Below are positions 29,811-44,829 of a DNA stretch of 64,000 nucleotides, piece by piece. Where the stretch lies: contig OZ024742.1 in assembly GCA_964016885.1 (NCBI GenBank), positions 93,496,001-93,560,000 of the forward strand. Reading direction: 5' to 3'. The notes beneath the pieces were generated by a model, which searched no databases, was not told where the DNA came from, and saw only the letters and a list, made by a program, of their open reading frames with translations. Source of the stretch: Eledone cirrhosa. Its lineage: Eukaryota. The translations under genes were made by a program, and so were the position numbers. Position 1 is the first letter of the stretch. Every line of letters begins with the position of its first letter.

Positions 29811-30148
29811 GACAGATAGGTAGATAGATATATTGGTAGGTAGGTAGACAGATAGATAGCATGATAAATAGGTATGTAGGCAGATAGATAGATAGAGAGA
29901 GAGGAGGGAGAAAGAGAGAGAAATAGGATAATAACCATATGATAGTGGTGGTGAGGAGTTAGAAAATATGAATTATTATGGATTTATTAAATGAGAGAGA
30001 GAGGTGAGTGAGTGAGGGAGATAAATCGAGAGTTAACAAAATGGAGTATTTGTGAAGAATACAATGTCAGTATACAACTTTGTGTTAAAACATTCATCTA
30101 TTTCTCTCTCTTTATATCACTATGTATTAATAATGATGTAGATGAAAA

Positions 30149-30209
<61 letters not shown>

Positions 30210-30384
30210 TATACATAGCCATATATAAACATTTATAGGTACATGTATATGTCTGAATATGTATATATATATATATATATATACGTCCCACCCTTGCAAG
30301 CAGGGAAGAGCGGACGTAAAATGATGATGATGATGATGATATATAATGGTTTCATTTATTTATTTATTTATGTATATATATATA

Positions 30385-30572
30385 ATTGTTTCTACTATTG
30401 GCACAAGGCCAGAAATTACCCAGTACATTACTGGTACTTTATTTTATCGACCCCGTAAGGATGAAAGGCAAAGTTAACCTCGGCGGGATTTGAACTCAGA
30501 ATGGCAAGGGCCGTAACTCTATGCGTCAAAGCATGGCGTCCGACCCTCTACCGATACTGCCAATCCACCGCC
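30385..30572 (-). mobile_element. full-length tRNA-derived SINE
   Basis: Minus strand GGCGGTGGATTGGCAGTATCGGTAGAGGGTCGGACG (A-box-like)...GAGTTCAAATCC...GTCGATAAAATAAAGTACCAG. Confidence 0.85.
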
Positions 30573-31384
30573 ATGTATATATATATAATGCATTCATATA
30601 TGTTTGAATATATATGAATTTGTATGTATGTGTACATTATTTAAACAAATTGTGTATACAAAATTTCAAATTTCTATTTTATACACACATTAAGCATTTG
30701 CATCTGCACACTTTAAACTTTTACACGAAACCACACACACATGCACACACACACTCAAATACATATACATACACACACACACACACACACACACTCAAAT
30801 ACACATACATACGCACACAGTCACACACATATATGTATAATGTATTTTCACACTTGCAAGCCTCACATAAAATGTAAAAGAAATCGTTATCATTTATTTA
30901 TCTGTTTATTTTTCTTTTCTCCCTTTCATTTCAAATGAACCAATCAGTAAAGCTTCAAGCTAGACTTTTCATTGGTTGATTTTTTTGATACACTATTATA
31001 CATTAAAAACATTAAAAACATTTAAACAATCAAAAGACAAGAAACAGGAATGAATTGAGAAGAATAACATCAAGAATGATAATAAAAAGATTGGAGCCAT
31101 ATTTCAGTAATAAATTCCATTTGCAAGCTATAACAGTTTGCTTGGAGTAATGTCCTGGAGTTTTAAAAGCTGTTATGATCCTGAAAGAGTTAATGACTAA
31201 TTGTAGCCTTAACAGCAGTCTTAAAGGTCTTGCCAATCATTGTATGAACACCTAGGAAGAAATTTACTGAGCTTTCACAGAAACCTTTAATGATTCTTCT
31301 CAACTTTGCTCTTCTTTAATGAACACATCACAACTGTTATGTCAGCTGTTATAGTTGGTCATAGTAATAATAGTTTGATGGTGT

Positions 31385-31540
31385 TTATGTAGCATAGCTG
31401 TGTGGTTAAGGAATAGTTTCAGATTTGGTTGCATTGCCTGAGAGCTTGGGTAAGTGTTAACGATCTTCTATCATAGGCTCAGGTTGACCAATGCACTGTG
31501 AGTGACTTTAGTTAATGGAAACCATACAGAGACCATTGTC
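31385..31540 (+). mobile_element. tRNA-derived CORE-like SINE
   Basis: GCATAGCTGTGTGGTTAAG head and CTTGGGTAAGT core; matches 62376-62530. Confidence 0.55.
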
Positions 31541-31725
31541 TGAGGGTAGGTTGAAAAGTTCATAAGCTGACTATAAAGGAGTGATACTACTGCTGTGAAA
31601 TCTTCCATGTATTAATTTCAACACTTCTTATTAATACTTGCATTATTTCTTTCCAGGGCCTTTGTTGAAAAATAAACATCATTTGGTTATTCCATGAGAG
31701 TATCTTGGTCAGTTTATGAACTATA
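31541..31725. mobile_element. mariner-like MITE, degenerate copy
   Basis: Reverse-complement match to 62846-63039. Confidence 0.65.
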
Positions 31726-31896
31726 TATAATTCCATTCAGAATACCATTCTATTATATATAGGTAACTAGAATTAAAGGGTGGTACACATCAAATAGAGG
31801 AAGTACATCATTTTATTTCATTTAGAAGTGACTTCTGCAAGACTAGTAGTTTCAGTCAGTAGATACAAGTATTTCACTATCAAATTATATATATAT

Positions 31897-33792
31897 CATC
31901 ATCATCATCATTTTACGTCCGCTTTTCCCTGCTTGCAAGGGTGGGACGGATCTTATTCAGCACAGCATCTCTCCACTTGTCACTGTCCTTCGTCATCTCA
32001 ACCATGAGCTTCAGCGATCTGAGGTCTGTTCTCACCACCTCCGCACATGTTTTTCGTGGTCTTCTTCTACTACGTCTTCATTCAACTGGCATTTCCTGGC
32101 ACTTCTTCACCTATCGGTCATCCTCCATGCGCATCACATGTCCATACCACCTCAGTCTCCTCTCTCTCACACTACATTCTATCCCTCAGACACAGTTTCT
32201 CTCTCAACACATTCATGCTGGGCTGTTCACGCACATTGACATTGCACGTCCAACGGAGCATGCTTGCCTCATTTCTCTCCAGCCGTGGCATATCCTCTGC
32301 AGTGGCTGCCCATGTCTCACTACCATGCAGCATCGCGCTCCTCACACATGCATCATATAACCGGCCTTTCGTACGCAGGGAGAAACCCTTCTTCGTCAGT
32401 AGAGGAAGCAGCTCCCTAAACTTCTTCCAGCCCGTCCTTATACTAAATACTATGGCCTCGGAACAGCCCCTTCCCATGCTAATCTGATCTCCTAGGTACC
32501 GGAAGCTATCCACCACTTCTATAGCACCCGCCTGCATTTAAAAATTGTGTCTATTAATGCGACTTCTATTGTCTAATTTCCCTGTACATCTATTGCATAC
32601 GTATTTCTCCCTACCTGTTAGTTTGCCTGCTATCTCGCTACATCTCGTGTGTGCTCAGGATCTGCATTGTGTGCATTTTATAGAAATTATGCCAGTTCCT
32701 TTTCTGCATATCGAACATGGCCATTTCCCTGACGGAATCAGAATTTTATCCTCTTTTCTACTCATCAACACTTTTGTTTTAGGTTCTCTCTCAATCCTCT
32801 TGCTTCCAACTGCTGTTTCCATAGCCAGAATTTATTCTCTAGCTCCTCTACTGATTCTGCTATAAGAACCAGATAGACAGCATAGAGAAGTTCCCATGCA
32901 CAGCCAGTCTTAAATTCCTCTGTTATGGCTTGGAGGACTATAATGAACACGAGCGGGCTGAGGACCGAACCTTGATGTACTCCCACTTGTACCTGGAATT
33001 CCTCACTAAACTCCATTCGTACTCTAACTTTACTGAGAGTACCTCTGTACAAAGTTTGCACTGTCCTCACAAGCCATTCCTCAACACCTAGTTTCCTTAG
33101 GGACCACCAGGTGACAGATCGGCGTACCCTATCAAAGGCCTTCTCTAGGTCAACAAAGGCTAAGTATAGTGGCTTATTTTTCTCTAAGAACCTCTCTTGT
33201 AATTGTCTCACCAAGAAGAGAGCATCTGTTGTACTCTTCCCAGACACAAAACCAAACTGCATCTCATCTAGTTTGACCCTTTCTCTAATTAGATGTGCTA
33301 ATATCCTTTCTGCCACTTTCATAACCTGATCCATCAGTTTTATACCCCTATAATTGCTCCTCTCCAGAACATCCCCTTTACCTTTGTAGCAATTTATGAG
33401 AATACTGCTGCACCAGTATTTGGGTATGACACCACCATATATAGCCTGATTGATGATGCGTGCAACCAGTTCAGTGCCTACATCCTCTGATGCCTTCAGC
33501 ATCTCAGAAACTATCCCCGACGGTCCAGCAGCCTTACCATTTTTCATTTCCTTAATCGCCTCTTGGACCCTATATTCGTCAATCTCAATAGCTGGTCCCT
33601 CTGTCGGATCTACTGAGAGTAATTTCTCTCTCTCCCATTTGTTCTCCACATTCATCAGTCTCTCATAATGACATTTTGAGGCCTTCTTTTTCTGATCATT
33701 CGTGACACTAAGTACACCGGCATCATTCCGGACACATTTATCTCCAACAACATCCTGATTTGCATTGACACACTGCCTTACAATTTGGAACA

Positions 33793-33795
<3 letters not shown>
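31897..33795 (-). mobile_element. 5'-truncated RTE-clade LINE (RT with embedded PHD-like finger), (ATG)n tail
   Basis: KNGKAAGPSG, SNYRGIKL, QFGFVSGKSTTDA, FVDLEKAFDRV, GVHQGSVLSPL, FRYLGDQI, VRSAMLHGSETW. Confidence 0.93.
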
Positions 33796-33857
<62 letters not shown>

Positions 33858-33858
<1 letters not shown>

Positions 33859-34697
33859 TGCGTTTTTTATTTTGTTTTGCAAGATTTTTGAAAACGTGCG
33901 TTGAGACAGATATTGTTATACTTTGGGAGGTTCGTACAACCAATAAGAATACACGTACTTGTTGCTTTTCACTTCAATGTTTTGATAAGTTTCTGGTTGG
34001 TTGGTTCGATAACCGCATGGTTGTTTATATATTGTCAAAGCTCTTTTGTCACACATTCTGTGACCGCCTCTGTGACTGGGTTTTTATTTTGTGTCTCTCC
34101 TTTGTTCTGTCCTACACTATCTTGTTTTTGCGAGTTGTGTGCTGTGTGCTTAGTTTGCGCAAAATTATACCCACACACAGAAAGGATGCAATGCTCAGAC
34201 AAATCACAGAGGCGACAAACATAAATGAACTCCAACCAAAATTAAACAGAAAACAGGAGTGGAATAGTAACATCCCAACTAATAATTAAGGACAAAATGA
34301 ATACATACAGACACACACAAAAACAAACTAATAAAACAAACCAGACACGCACAGATAGAACAAACAACCAACTAGTGACAAGTAAATAAACTCATATATA
34401 AAGTAAAAAAAAACACATATACCCGGTTGTAATGGGTGTGCAAACTAAGCACAAACTGCTCACAAAAACAAGATGGTGTAGGACAGAACAATGGAGACCA
34501 CACAATATAAAAACCCAGTCACTTAGGAGGTCACAGAATGTGTGACAAAAGAGCTTTGACAATATATAAACAACCATCCAGTTATCGAACCAACCAACCA
34601 ACCAACCAACCAAATGGAAATTTATAATAAATTGAAGTGAAAACCAACAGATGTGTGTGTTTTTATTGGCAACATGACCCTCCCAAAGTATAACAAT
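33858..34697. mobile_element. family D fold-back PLE end with HHR remnants in both arms
   Basis: 33910-34160 is the reverse complement of 34440-34697; GTCA-CTTAGGA-GGTCACAgaatgTGTGAC-AAAA-GAGC-TT-TGAC (34518-34560). Confidence 0.78.
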
Positions 34698-34710
34698 ATA
34701 TATATATATA

Positions 34711-36552
34711 AACGTCTGTATATGTATAATAAAGCCAAAACGATGCAGGTATGATACGCCTTTAGCCTCGACGTTGTCTCCCTCTACACTACAGTCCCCG
34801 CTCATCCAGCTGTCGATTTATTGACGGACTGCGTGGTCACAGAGGACATCCACTGCTACGGCCTCCATCAGACGGACATACACCAGCTTTTGTCCTTCAC
34901 AGTAGACAACACGTACTTCATCTTCCACCACCACACATACACACAGACAACAGGATTACCCATGGGATCCAGCCTATCGGGTCTGCTGGCCATCACCTAT
35001 ATGAACCAGCTAGGATGCCGAGCCCTCAACACCTGCCATTCCCATACCTTCTTCACCCGATATGTAGATGACATACTCATCCTTACATCATCCCGTGAGG
35101 AGGCAGATAAAATATACACAACATTCTCCAGCATGGACGCCAGTATAAAGTTCAGCATGGAACACCCCGATGACCGCGGATCCCTATCCCTACTGGACTT
35201 CCAACTCAGGGTAACAGAGGAAGGCAACATCCACACCTGCTTCTATAAAAAAACCGCCAGCAGGGACCTGTTCGTACATTTCAGATCGGCCCTCCCAGCC
35301 GGCGCTAAGTTCGGATACATAAGGAACGAACTAACACGTATCCGGAACAAATGCACCGACGCTAGAGACCGAGACACACACACCACACATTTTCTGGAAG
35401 TACTCAAACTGAACGGATACACGACATCCGCCACAAACCGTGCCAGAAAGAACAGAGGACACCACACCCGAGGCACTAACACTTGCTTCCTGAAAACCCC
35501 CACACTTCAGTGACGAAACAACAACAGCCATCCGCAGAGCTATCAGACGAGAGGGACTAGATATCCAACTGGCCCACTCAGGTCCTTCTCTACACGGACA
35601 GCTAACCAAAAGACACTCCACCGGACATGACAACTGCTGCAGGCTAGCCAACTGCCCCATCAACGACACAGACCTATGCCACCAGGCTTACGTCGTATAC
35701 AGACTAGTGTGACAAATGCAGCAGCTTCTACGTAGGTAGCACCACCAGACCACTCCACATAAGAATAAAAGAACACCTCAATACTAACGCTTCCTCATTT
35801 AAGAAACACCTAGTTAAATGCAAAAACACCGACAAAACCATAACAGTTAGGATAGAAACTAAGGAAAGAAACCTCGGCAATCTTAGAATTAAGGAAGCAC
35901 TAATTATAGACTAAGCACAATCACCAATCAATAATAGACTAGAACTCAACACCCAATTTATAACTTGATAGAGCATCTAGCCCCATATTTACACCCCCAC
36001 CTACGCACACACACACGCACGCACACACACACACGCTTACACCTCCACTTATTCTCTCTCACACACACACATACACACACAAAGACCAGTTCTAACACGA
36101 GATAACATCTATCCCCCACATTTACGTATAGACATATCTTCTCACACTCACACACACACACTCACATACTTACACCTTCATGCATTCTCCCACACACTTA
36201 AACAGGCATGTACAAAAAAAAAACCTTTTAAAGGGAGACTACTCTTTATCCAACTAACCTAACTCTTTGACATTAGAGATAGAACAGATACTCTATACCC
36301 TTTCCTGTCAGCATGACTTGGCAAGCTATTTAGAACACTGGTTTAACCGCTTTACTTCCCGCCGAAGAAGAGATATTATCTCCAAAATTAAGGACATTTA
36401 AATAAATCTAAGGTAAAAGACTAATTGTCAACAATACCTTTTGCATTTGCATTCTTTATTCTATGTCCATACCTGCATTGTTTTGGCTTTTTTATACATA
36501 TACAAACGTTTATACCTCATTACACAATGCATCAAGTGAACTATAACTTCCT

Positions 36553-36556
<4 letters not shown>
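34711..36556 (+). mobile_element. 5'-truncated Penelope-like element with a short inverted terminus
   Basis: 34711-34753 is the reverse complement of 36468-36510; degenerate HHR CCGAAGA-AGAGAtattaTCTC-CAAAA-TTA near 36362. Confidence 0.88.
34821..35965 (+). pseudogene. PLE reverse transcriptase and GIY-YIG endonuclease, frameshifted
   Basis: QTTGLPMGSSLSGLLA, RYVDDILIL, SLSLLDF; then C-x4-C...C...VVYRLV(C)DKC..FYVGSTTRPLHIRIKEH...RIKEAL. Confidence 0.9.
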
Positions 36557-36617
<61 letters not shown>

Positions 36618-36622
<5 letters not shown>

Positions 36623-36978
36623 ACCCTGTAACACACCGTAACTTCTGATCATGTAATCATGTTGTCGAACATATCACCCCAGCACCACCACCATGACCAC
36701 AACACACATCGCTGTACGTCCATAAACTCTTTTCCCGCGCGGTCCCTATGTCACCTTTTAACCTGTAACCCATCGTACTATTCGATCCTGTATATTTTTG
36801 TCGCTCACAACTCCACCACCACCACCACCACCACCACCACAAGACACAACTCCATACTTCACCAACACCACCAACACATACCTCCCCTCTCGAACCAACG
36901 CAAGTGTGTGTGTCTGTGTGTAAGTATTTTTTACATGTACGTGCGTATACATATGCGTGCGTGTATGCATATATATAT

Positions 36979-37050
<72 letters not shown>

Positions 37051-38136
37051 ATATATGCATGTATGTGTATGTGTGTGTGTATGTGTATGTGTGTGTATAC
37101 GTGTGTGTGTGTATGTGTATGTTTATGTATACGTGTGTGTGCGTGTATGTGCGCATATCCGTATCTGTGTATGTGTATGTCTATATGTATAACACCATCT
37201 CCATTGGCTCTCACCTTCCCTCCATCTTTGTCATACGCCACCCCACCGATATTTCCCCACTCTTCCTATAAATGTCCACACGCGCGCATGCACATACATG
37301 TGTGTATATATGCATATGGATGTATATGTGTGTGTGTGGATATGTGTGGATGTGTGGGCGCGGGTGTGTGTATGTGTGTATGTGGGTGTGTTCGTGTGTA
37401 TATATATCAGTTTATATGCTCATGTATACATATATGTGTATATATATATAAACAACGTATTTGTCAGACTAAGAGCGTCTAGCTATGTATCTCCCCAAGG
37501 ACTCGACACCACCAACACATCCACCACACCACCACAAACGCCACTACCATAAACAACAACACCACAACCAAACCCCACACACGCCAACCCCTCTACCGAC
37601 AACCCACTAACCTCACACCACAGCCCATCCCAGTAAGCGACGATAACCACCATCTTATCATCACATCCACCCACACATATACTACAGGCCAAGGCCAACC
37701 CGCCACCACCACACGAAAGTCCATCACATCCAGCGACCGTCACAAACATCTCACCATCACATCCACCCCCACATTCACTACAGGCCAGTAGATCCCTTTG
37801 ATCCTTCCCACCAATCAAAACAACTAATTTCGTCAAACTCTTGAAATTCTGGCTTTACCACATAGCATGTATTTCATTTTCTTATAGCCTCTTAAAGGGT
37901 CCGTCGAGCCGCCGATTATTGAGTCGGGTAGGATCGATACAGATCGAACCTTGAGCTGATCAGTGGCGAAACGCGCGTCACTTACCAATAAATGCAATGA
38001 AGGAGTAGTCAATCGTACTTATTATCCTTTCAATATATTACACTCTGTATAGCTCTACACCTTATCACAGAAGCCAACCTAAACAACGAGTGCTCTCCCG
38101 GGTGAACCTGCAGTAACTCCAAGTTACACCCCCTGG

Positions 38137-38137
<1 letters not shown>
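36618..38137 (+). mobile_element. probable PLE 3' UTR insertion in (TA)n with a terminal long-stem-II HHR (37897-37983)
   Basis: GGGT-CCGTCGA-GCCGCCGAT...ATCAGTGGC-GAAA-CGCGCG-TC-ACTT; internal diverged tandem repeat at about 37560-37790. Confidence 0.55.
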
Positions 38138-38195
<58 letters not shown>

Positions 38196-38379
38196 TAAAT
38201 TACACAATAATCAAAACTATGTTCAAATCATTTTATTGGTGACAATTGTTTCTTCCAACCTTTCGTTTGGATTCCTCGGAGCTCTACCAAAGTTTCGACA
38301 TATAATTAACTTAAGTTAATTAAGGATTCCAAACGATATATATATATTTATTTATGTAATAAACAACATAAGATAATTA

Positions 38380-38440
38380 TTTCATTTACCAGTGGTTTCT
38401 TGAAAGCAAACAAAATTTGCTTTCAGTCATCAGAATGAAA
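38380..38440 (-). ncRNA. type-I hammerhead ribozyme, intact core
   Basis: Minus strand TTTCATT-CTGATGA-CTGAAAGCaaattttgtttGCTTTCAA-GAAA-CCAcTGG-TA-AATGAAA (7-bp stem I). Confidence 0.85.
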
Positions 38441-38547
38441 AAAATCCTGGTGTATTTATTGACAGTGGATTTTAAAAACAAAAATATAATCTGGAAAAGG
38501 AAGAAGGAAAGGAAAAAGAATAAATATAAAAGAAGATAAACACACAT

Positions 38548-38629
<82 letters not shown>

Positions 38630-38721
38630 ACGCGCACACACACACATATACATACACACATACATATATATATACACATACATACACATACATACACATA
38701 CATATACATACACACATATAA

Positions 38722-38783
<62 letters not shown>

Positions 38784-38813
38784 CCATACATACACATACA
38801 TATAAATACACAA

Positions 38814-38876
<63 letters not shown>

Positions 38877-39191
38877 ATCATACATATATACACACGTACA
38901 TACACACACATACATACACACATATATACACGCTTACATACGCACACACATATAAAGATATATGTACACACACCTACATATGAACACACAATTAATTATA
39001 AGAAAAAATAAAAATAAAAAACAATGGACAACCATAAAATGCAATAGGCCGTCACATAAAAAAAAATATACGACTTAAGAAAATAAAAATTATTATAAAG
39101 TTGACAGCGATACAGGAAAGGACACAAATAAATAAACAAACACATGTGGTAAGCAATGCACACATTTACACATACACATACATACATATAA

Positions 39192-39284
<93 letters not shown>

Positions 39285-39305
39285 CATCTATATATATATA
39301 TATAC

Positions 39306-39924
<619 letters not shown>

Positions 39925-39937
39925 TACACACACACAC

Positions 39938-40070
<133 letters not shown>

Positions 40071-40329
40071 CACACACATATATATATAAATATTATATAT
40101 ATATATAAATAAAAAGGTGGAAGGGGTAAACAAATAGTTGGGAATACGACAAATAATAAATAAATGAATAGATAAAGGTATATATGTTTATAGTTGATTT
40201 AGAGCACTCAACAAGTTCCTGGAACAAATAATCAATGAAAATAAACATTAAATCACTCTGTATGCAATTATGCATATACATACACATATATACACACACA
40301 CACACAACCATACAAATATACACACATAT

Positions 40330-40366
<37 letters not shown>

Positions 40367-40539
40367 AAAAAGTATGAACCCGACGGCAGAGCTCAAGCCG
40401 TTTCGACGGCTATTATATATAAATATAAATATATATATATAAAAATACACATACACACACACATACACTAATATACACACACACATATATACAAACAGTT
40501 ACGTCACCACCTTAATAAAAATACACACACACATATAAT

Positions 40540-40573
<34 letters not shown>

Positions 40574-40612
40574 CACATACACATACATACAGATATATAT
40601 AATTATATACAC

Positions 40613-40659
<47 letters not shown>

Positions 40660-43600
40660 ACACATACATACACACAGAAATAAATATCTATAAATAAAAA
40701 AGGTGGGTATGTAAAGAGTAAGGTTGAAAGTAGGGGGAATAAGGAAAATAAATAACATAGGAAAAAGTTTAAATATAAGGGGAGATAAGGGAGAAAATGA
40801 ATATAAGAGTACAGAAAGTGAGTTCAGAGAGTAATAAAAATCGTAGTGTATGTAAGGCGTAGAGAGCAGAGAAGAAGTTCAAGGTGGTTGAGTCATCGTA
40901 GGAATGTCAATCCAGTTACAGAGCAGCTGTGATTTCAGGTGAGGACAACATCTGAAGATCTCGGTCTTGGAGTTCAGGCAAGTTGAAGTGGCTTTCAAGT
41001 TTTGTAGAATTCTAAATTTTTCAGTGGTACACAAAGAACAATTCTTTGTGTCCCTTTGGTATTCCCTCGAATGGTCTAAAATAGACCAATCGATAGAGTA
41101 CGGGATGTTTTTATCTATGAATTCCCACACCTTATTTGCGAGAGCCGTTGCTGTTCTTTTATCAGAGTGTTTAAAAGAAGTGACATGTGCATAAAACCTG
41201 GTTTTGAACTTGTCCTGAGTCATGCCAACATATCGTTCACTCCAGGCTGGCTGGTTGTTAATCAAAGGTGTCACATCACTTTCATATAGATTATATTTTT
41301 GTTTTTAAAATCCACTGTCAATAAATACACCAGGATTTTTTCATTTTGATGTCTGAAAGCAAATTTTGTTTGCTTTCAAGAAACCACTGGTAAATGAAAT
41401 AATTATCTTATGTTGTTTATTACATAACTAATAAGCTCTGTAACCTACATAGAGCACTCTCTTTTCCTGGACCTTTCCGACGGAATTACTTCATTCATAC
41501 ATATATATTCACACATATATATATATATACATATAACAATACATATGTGTGTGTCTGTGTTTATATTAATTTTTTTTAATGTTCTGTAGATTAGTGGTTC
41601 AATACAAAAAATATTTGACATTATTTGTACTAGGACCAAAATGGTCAATTGAAATTACTTCCAGGTGATGCTCCATATAGCTGCTGGCCAATGACTGAAA
41701 CCAGTAAAAGAATAAATGAATGAAAGTGTAGTAGGTGGTTATTGTTGGGTGGGGAATTGGTAATTGTTAGGGCATCCATCACATTAAATAACTCTTGCTA
41801 ATTTTTGTGGCATTTTTCTTCTTGAGTTCTATTGGGGTCAACTTTGCTTTTGTATGTGTGGTAGCAGGTAACTGCTGAATGGTGAGTTGGCAGATATGTC
41901 CAAGTGTTGACTGGATGAAATGTTTTGCAATTTTTGTGGAAATCCCATTTATCTTTAATATTTTCAAGGTTAACAAACACAATTGCTCCAATATTTGGAA
42001 TTTCTTTACAAAATTCTTTATAAAATACTTTCAAATTTGTGGAAGTGTACTTCTGTTTGTAACCAACACATGAAATCTTTACAAATTTATATTTTCAAGT
42101 TAAAATTGCTAGAAACTATTCACATCTATACATCTGTAAACATATCAGTGTCCCTGACAATTCTGATAACATCGTTTTAGTCAATATTATAACTTTGCTA
42201 TGTTGTAACACTATGTTTATGGGTCTGGGGTAACACAGCAAATTTATGAATCCCCATTACCACTTTTGAGCCCATAGCACCTAAAAGAACCTCTAGCTTT
42301 ATGGCACAAACTGTTTCTATAATTATTTGAAAGAACCTTTAAGGTATTTTACTAAATCCCCTAAATTTGGGATTAGTTTCAAACTGATTAAAAAATCATA
42401 GATAATGTCTTTCATTAGAAATTATCATCATCATCAGTTTACATCTATTTTCTATGCAGGCATAGGCTGGATAAGTTGTCACAGTCTGTGACAAGATGGG
42501 GTCAGAGGACCACATCTTGATCATAGATTTAATTTTGGTATGGTTTCTATGGTTGGATACCTTTCCTAGTGCCAACCATTTTACAGAGTGTTCTGAGTGC
42601 ATATGTGCTGGCACCATATCTTTGCACTGTGGGCGGGATGCATTTTGTTGAGGCACTAGCTCAATAATGTTAGTGTGTATTGGATGCATTTTATCATGAC
42701 ACCAGCATAACCACATTACAGTCTACTGGATGCCTTTTATAGTGAAGAAAATTTTAAGGTGTTTATATTTATTTTACCAATTTCCATTATAGTGTTTTGT
42801 AAGAAATTTTCTTAAGTTATGTTTAAAACACAAAACTAATTTTGTGAAAGTTATTTATGACAGTAAATCACCCCTCTCCAAATTTCTAATTATATTCTAA
42901 TAGATTTAAAAATCAAATTTGGCATCTTTCACTAGAAATATGGTATCTAAAATATTAAATCTCAGTTAAAACTGCTTCCTTCTCAACATTTTAGTCTTCA
43001 TATTTTTCTTCCATCAAACTTCTGTGAATTTATGTGTGTTTAAAAAATGATGTTAGTTTGACTTTGTGAAAAAGTTAAATCTAATTAAGATGTCTAAATA
43101 TTTTAGATGAGTTATTGCAATTAAGATGATCATTACACAGAGTAATTAACCTCATCATATTTTTACAATATTTATATTTACACTATATGTCTCATTCCTG
43201 AATAAGTATATTTTTCTCAGAATTAGGCAGTTGGTAATAATGGAAAAAGAAACTGATTGAAATATTGTATAAAGCTAAAATATATAGAAATTTCTGAAAT
43301 AATCCTTAATCTTTAAAGCAGCAAGGTCAATATTGACGACTGTTTTCCATTTATCTTCTGTGGTAAATGATGTGCAAATCATTTTAGAAAAGATTTTCAC
43401 TTCATACCATCAACAAAGGAGAGGAGCTGATCTTCAGAATCATTATCATCTTCATCACTGCTAAACGTCCATTTTCTCATGCTAGTATGAGTTAGACAAA
43501 TTCTTCTGTTGTGAGACAAGTCAGATCAGATGACAGTATCTTGCTCATACAGAACTGTTTCTGGCTTGGTTTCTATGACTGCATGCCCTTCCTAATGCCA

Positions 43601-44829
43601 ACCACATTTACAGAGTGGACTGGGTGCTTTTTATCATGACACCAACAGGAATAAACATAAGAAACTATATTTCCCTTGATATTATCTTCCAGTCGCAACT
43701 CCTTGCAGAAGACTCGTCACTTTTTCCAGGGACAAGCAGTAGGATTTGAACTCAAAATTTATGAAGCTGGAATAGATACTACAAATCATCCTGTCCGACA
43801 CTTTAACAATTCCACCAATCCATTACCCATGGACTGGTACTTTATTGATCAAACCCTAAAGGATGAAACACAAAGTTGATGTTAGCAGGAATTGAACTCA
43901 GAGTTTAGAGAGACAGAACAAATACCTAAGCATTTAATCCAACACTTTTATAACCCTGCCATCATTTATGGCTATATATCACAGGCTGAGACTCACAGAG
44001 GAGATAATGAAAGAATGCGGCGGGTGGAGAGATGCTCTGCAGAGAAGGAATCATCCAACTTATGCAAGTGTGGAAAAATGGATGTAAAAATGATGAGGAT
44101 GTTGACGATGAAGATGAGGAGTGAAGTGAAATAACTTAATTGACACAGGACTTAATGGCTGAGAGAGCTACATAAAAGTTTTTCCCCACCTCCACTCCAT
44201 CGCATCTACCCTAAGTGTTTGCACATAAATAATGTACTGTATAACAGTAAATGTACTAAATGGCAACAAATTGGTAGTCAATAGGACATAAGAAAACATA
44301 TTTTGTCGTAGTTGTTCTGGGACTCTACAGATTGACTTAAAATTCAGTCATCGTCAAATTTGCTTTCATCCTTTCCATGTCAATAAAATAAAATACCAGT
44401 TCAAGGTGGGGGATAAGAAAATTTGGTAGAATGTTGGATGAGATGCCTTGAGTGTCTGTTCTAGTTCTTTGTGTTCTATGTAACTGAATGGTAGATATAA
44501 TCCCACATCTGTTTCAACATCCTGAACTGATTGTTGAATATCTTTAGTGGAGTTTATACTTTTTAAAATATTTTGGCCAGCTCTCCAGTTTGAGAATAAT
44601 TTGCTTCCTCAAGTCAAAAAGACTTGGAAAATATGGGCACTGACTAAGCTGTAATACACATACAGACACACATACATTGATGCATGCAGACACACACATT
44701 CAGTGGGTTTACATGCCGCATTAAGACTATGCTATTTAGTCAAATTTTATGGCGAAGCTTTATATTTCTATTTCAATTTTCTTGCTGAGCTCATTGGGTT
44801 CTCCTTTTCCAGAGAGTTTTACCAGTAAG

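Noticed and set aside
30385-30572. tRNA genes at GAGTTCAAATCC motifs
   Set aside because: These are SINE heads with no complete cloverleaf, followed by the shared SINE body
35700-35720. In-frame TGA at a Cys position of the GIY-YIG domain, suggesting a selenocysteine (Naiad-type) PLE
   Set aside because: The downstream peptide DKCSSFYVG is in another frame; a 2-nt deletion in GTGTGT explains it, and I could not identify a SECIS
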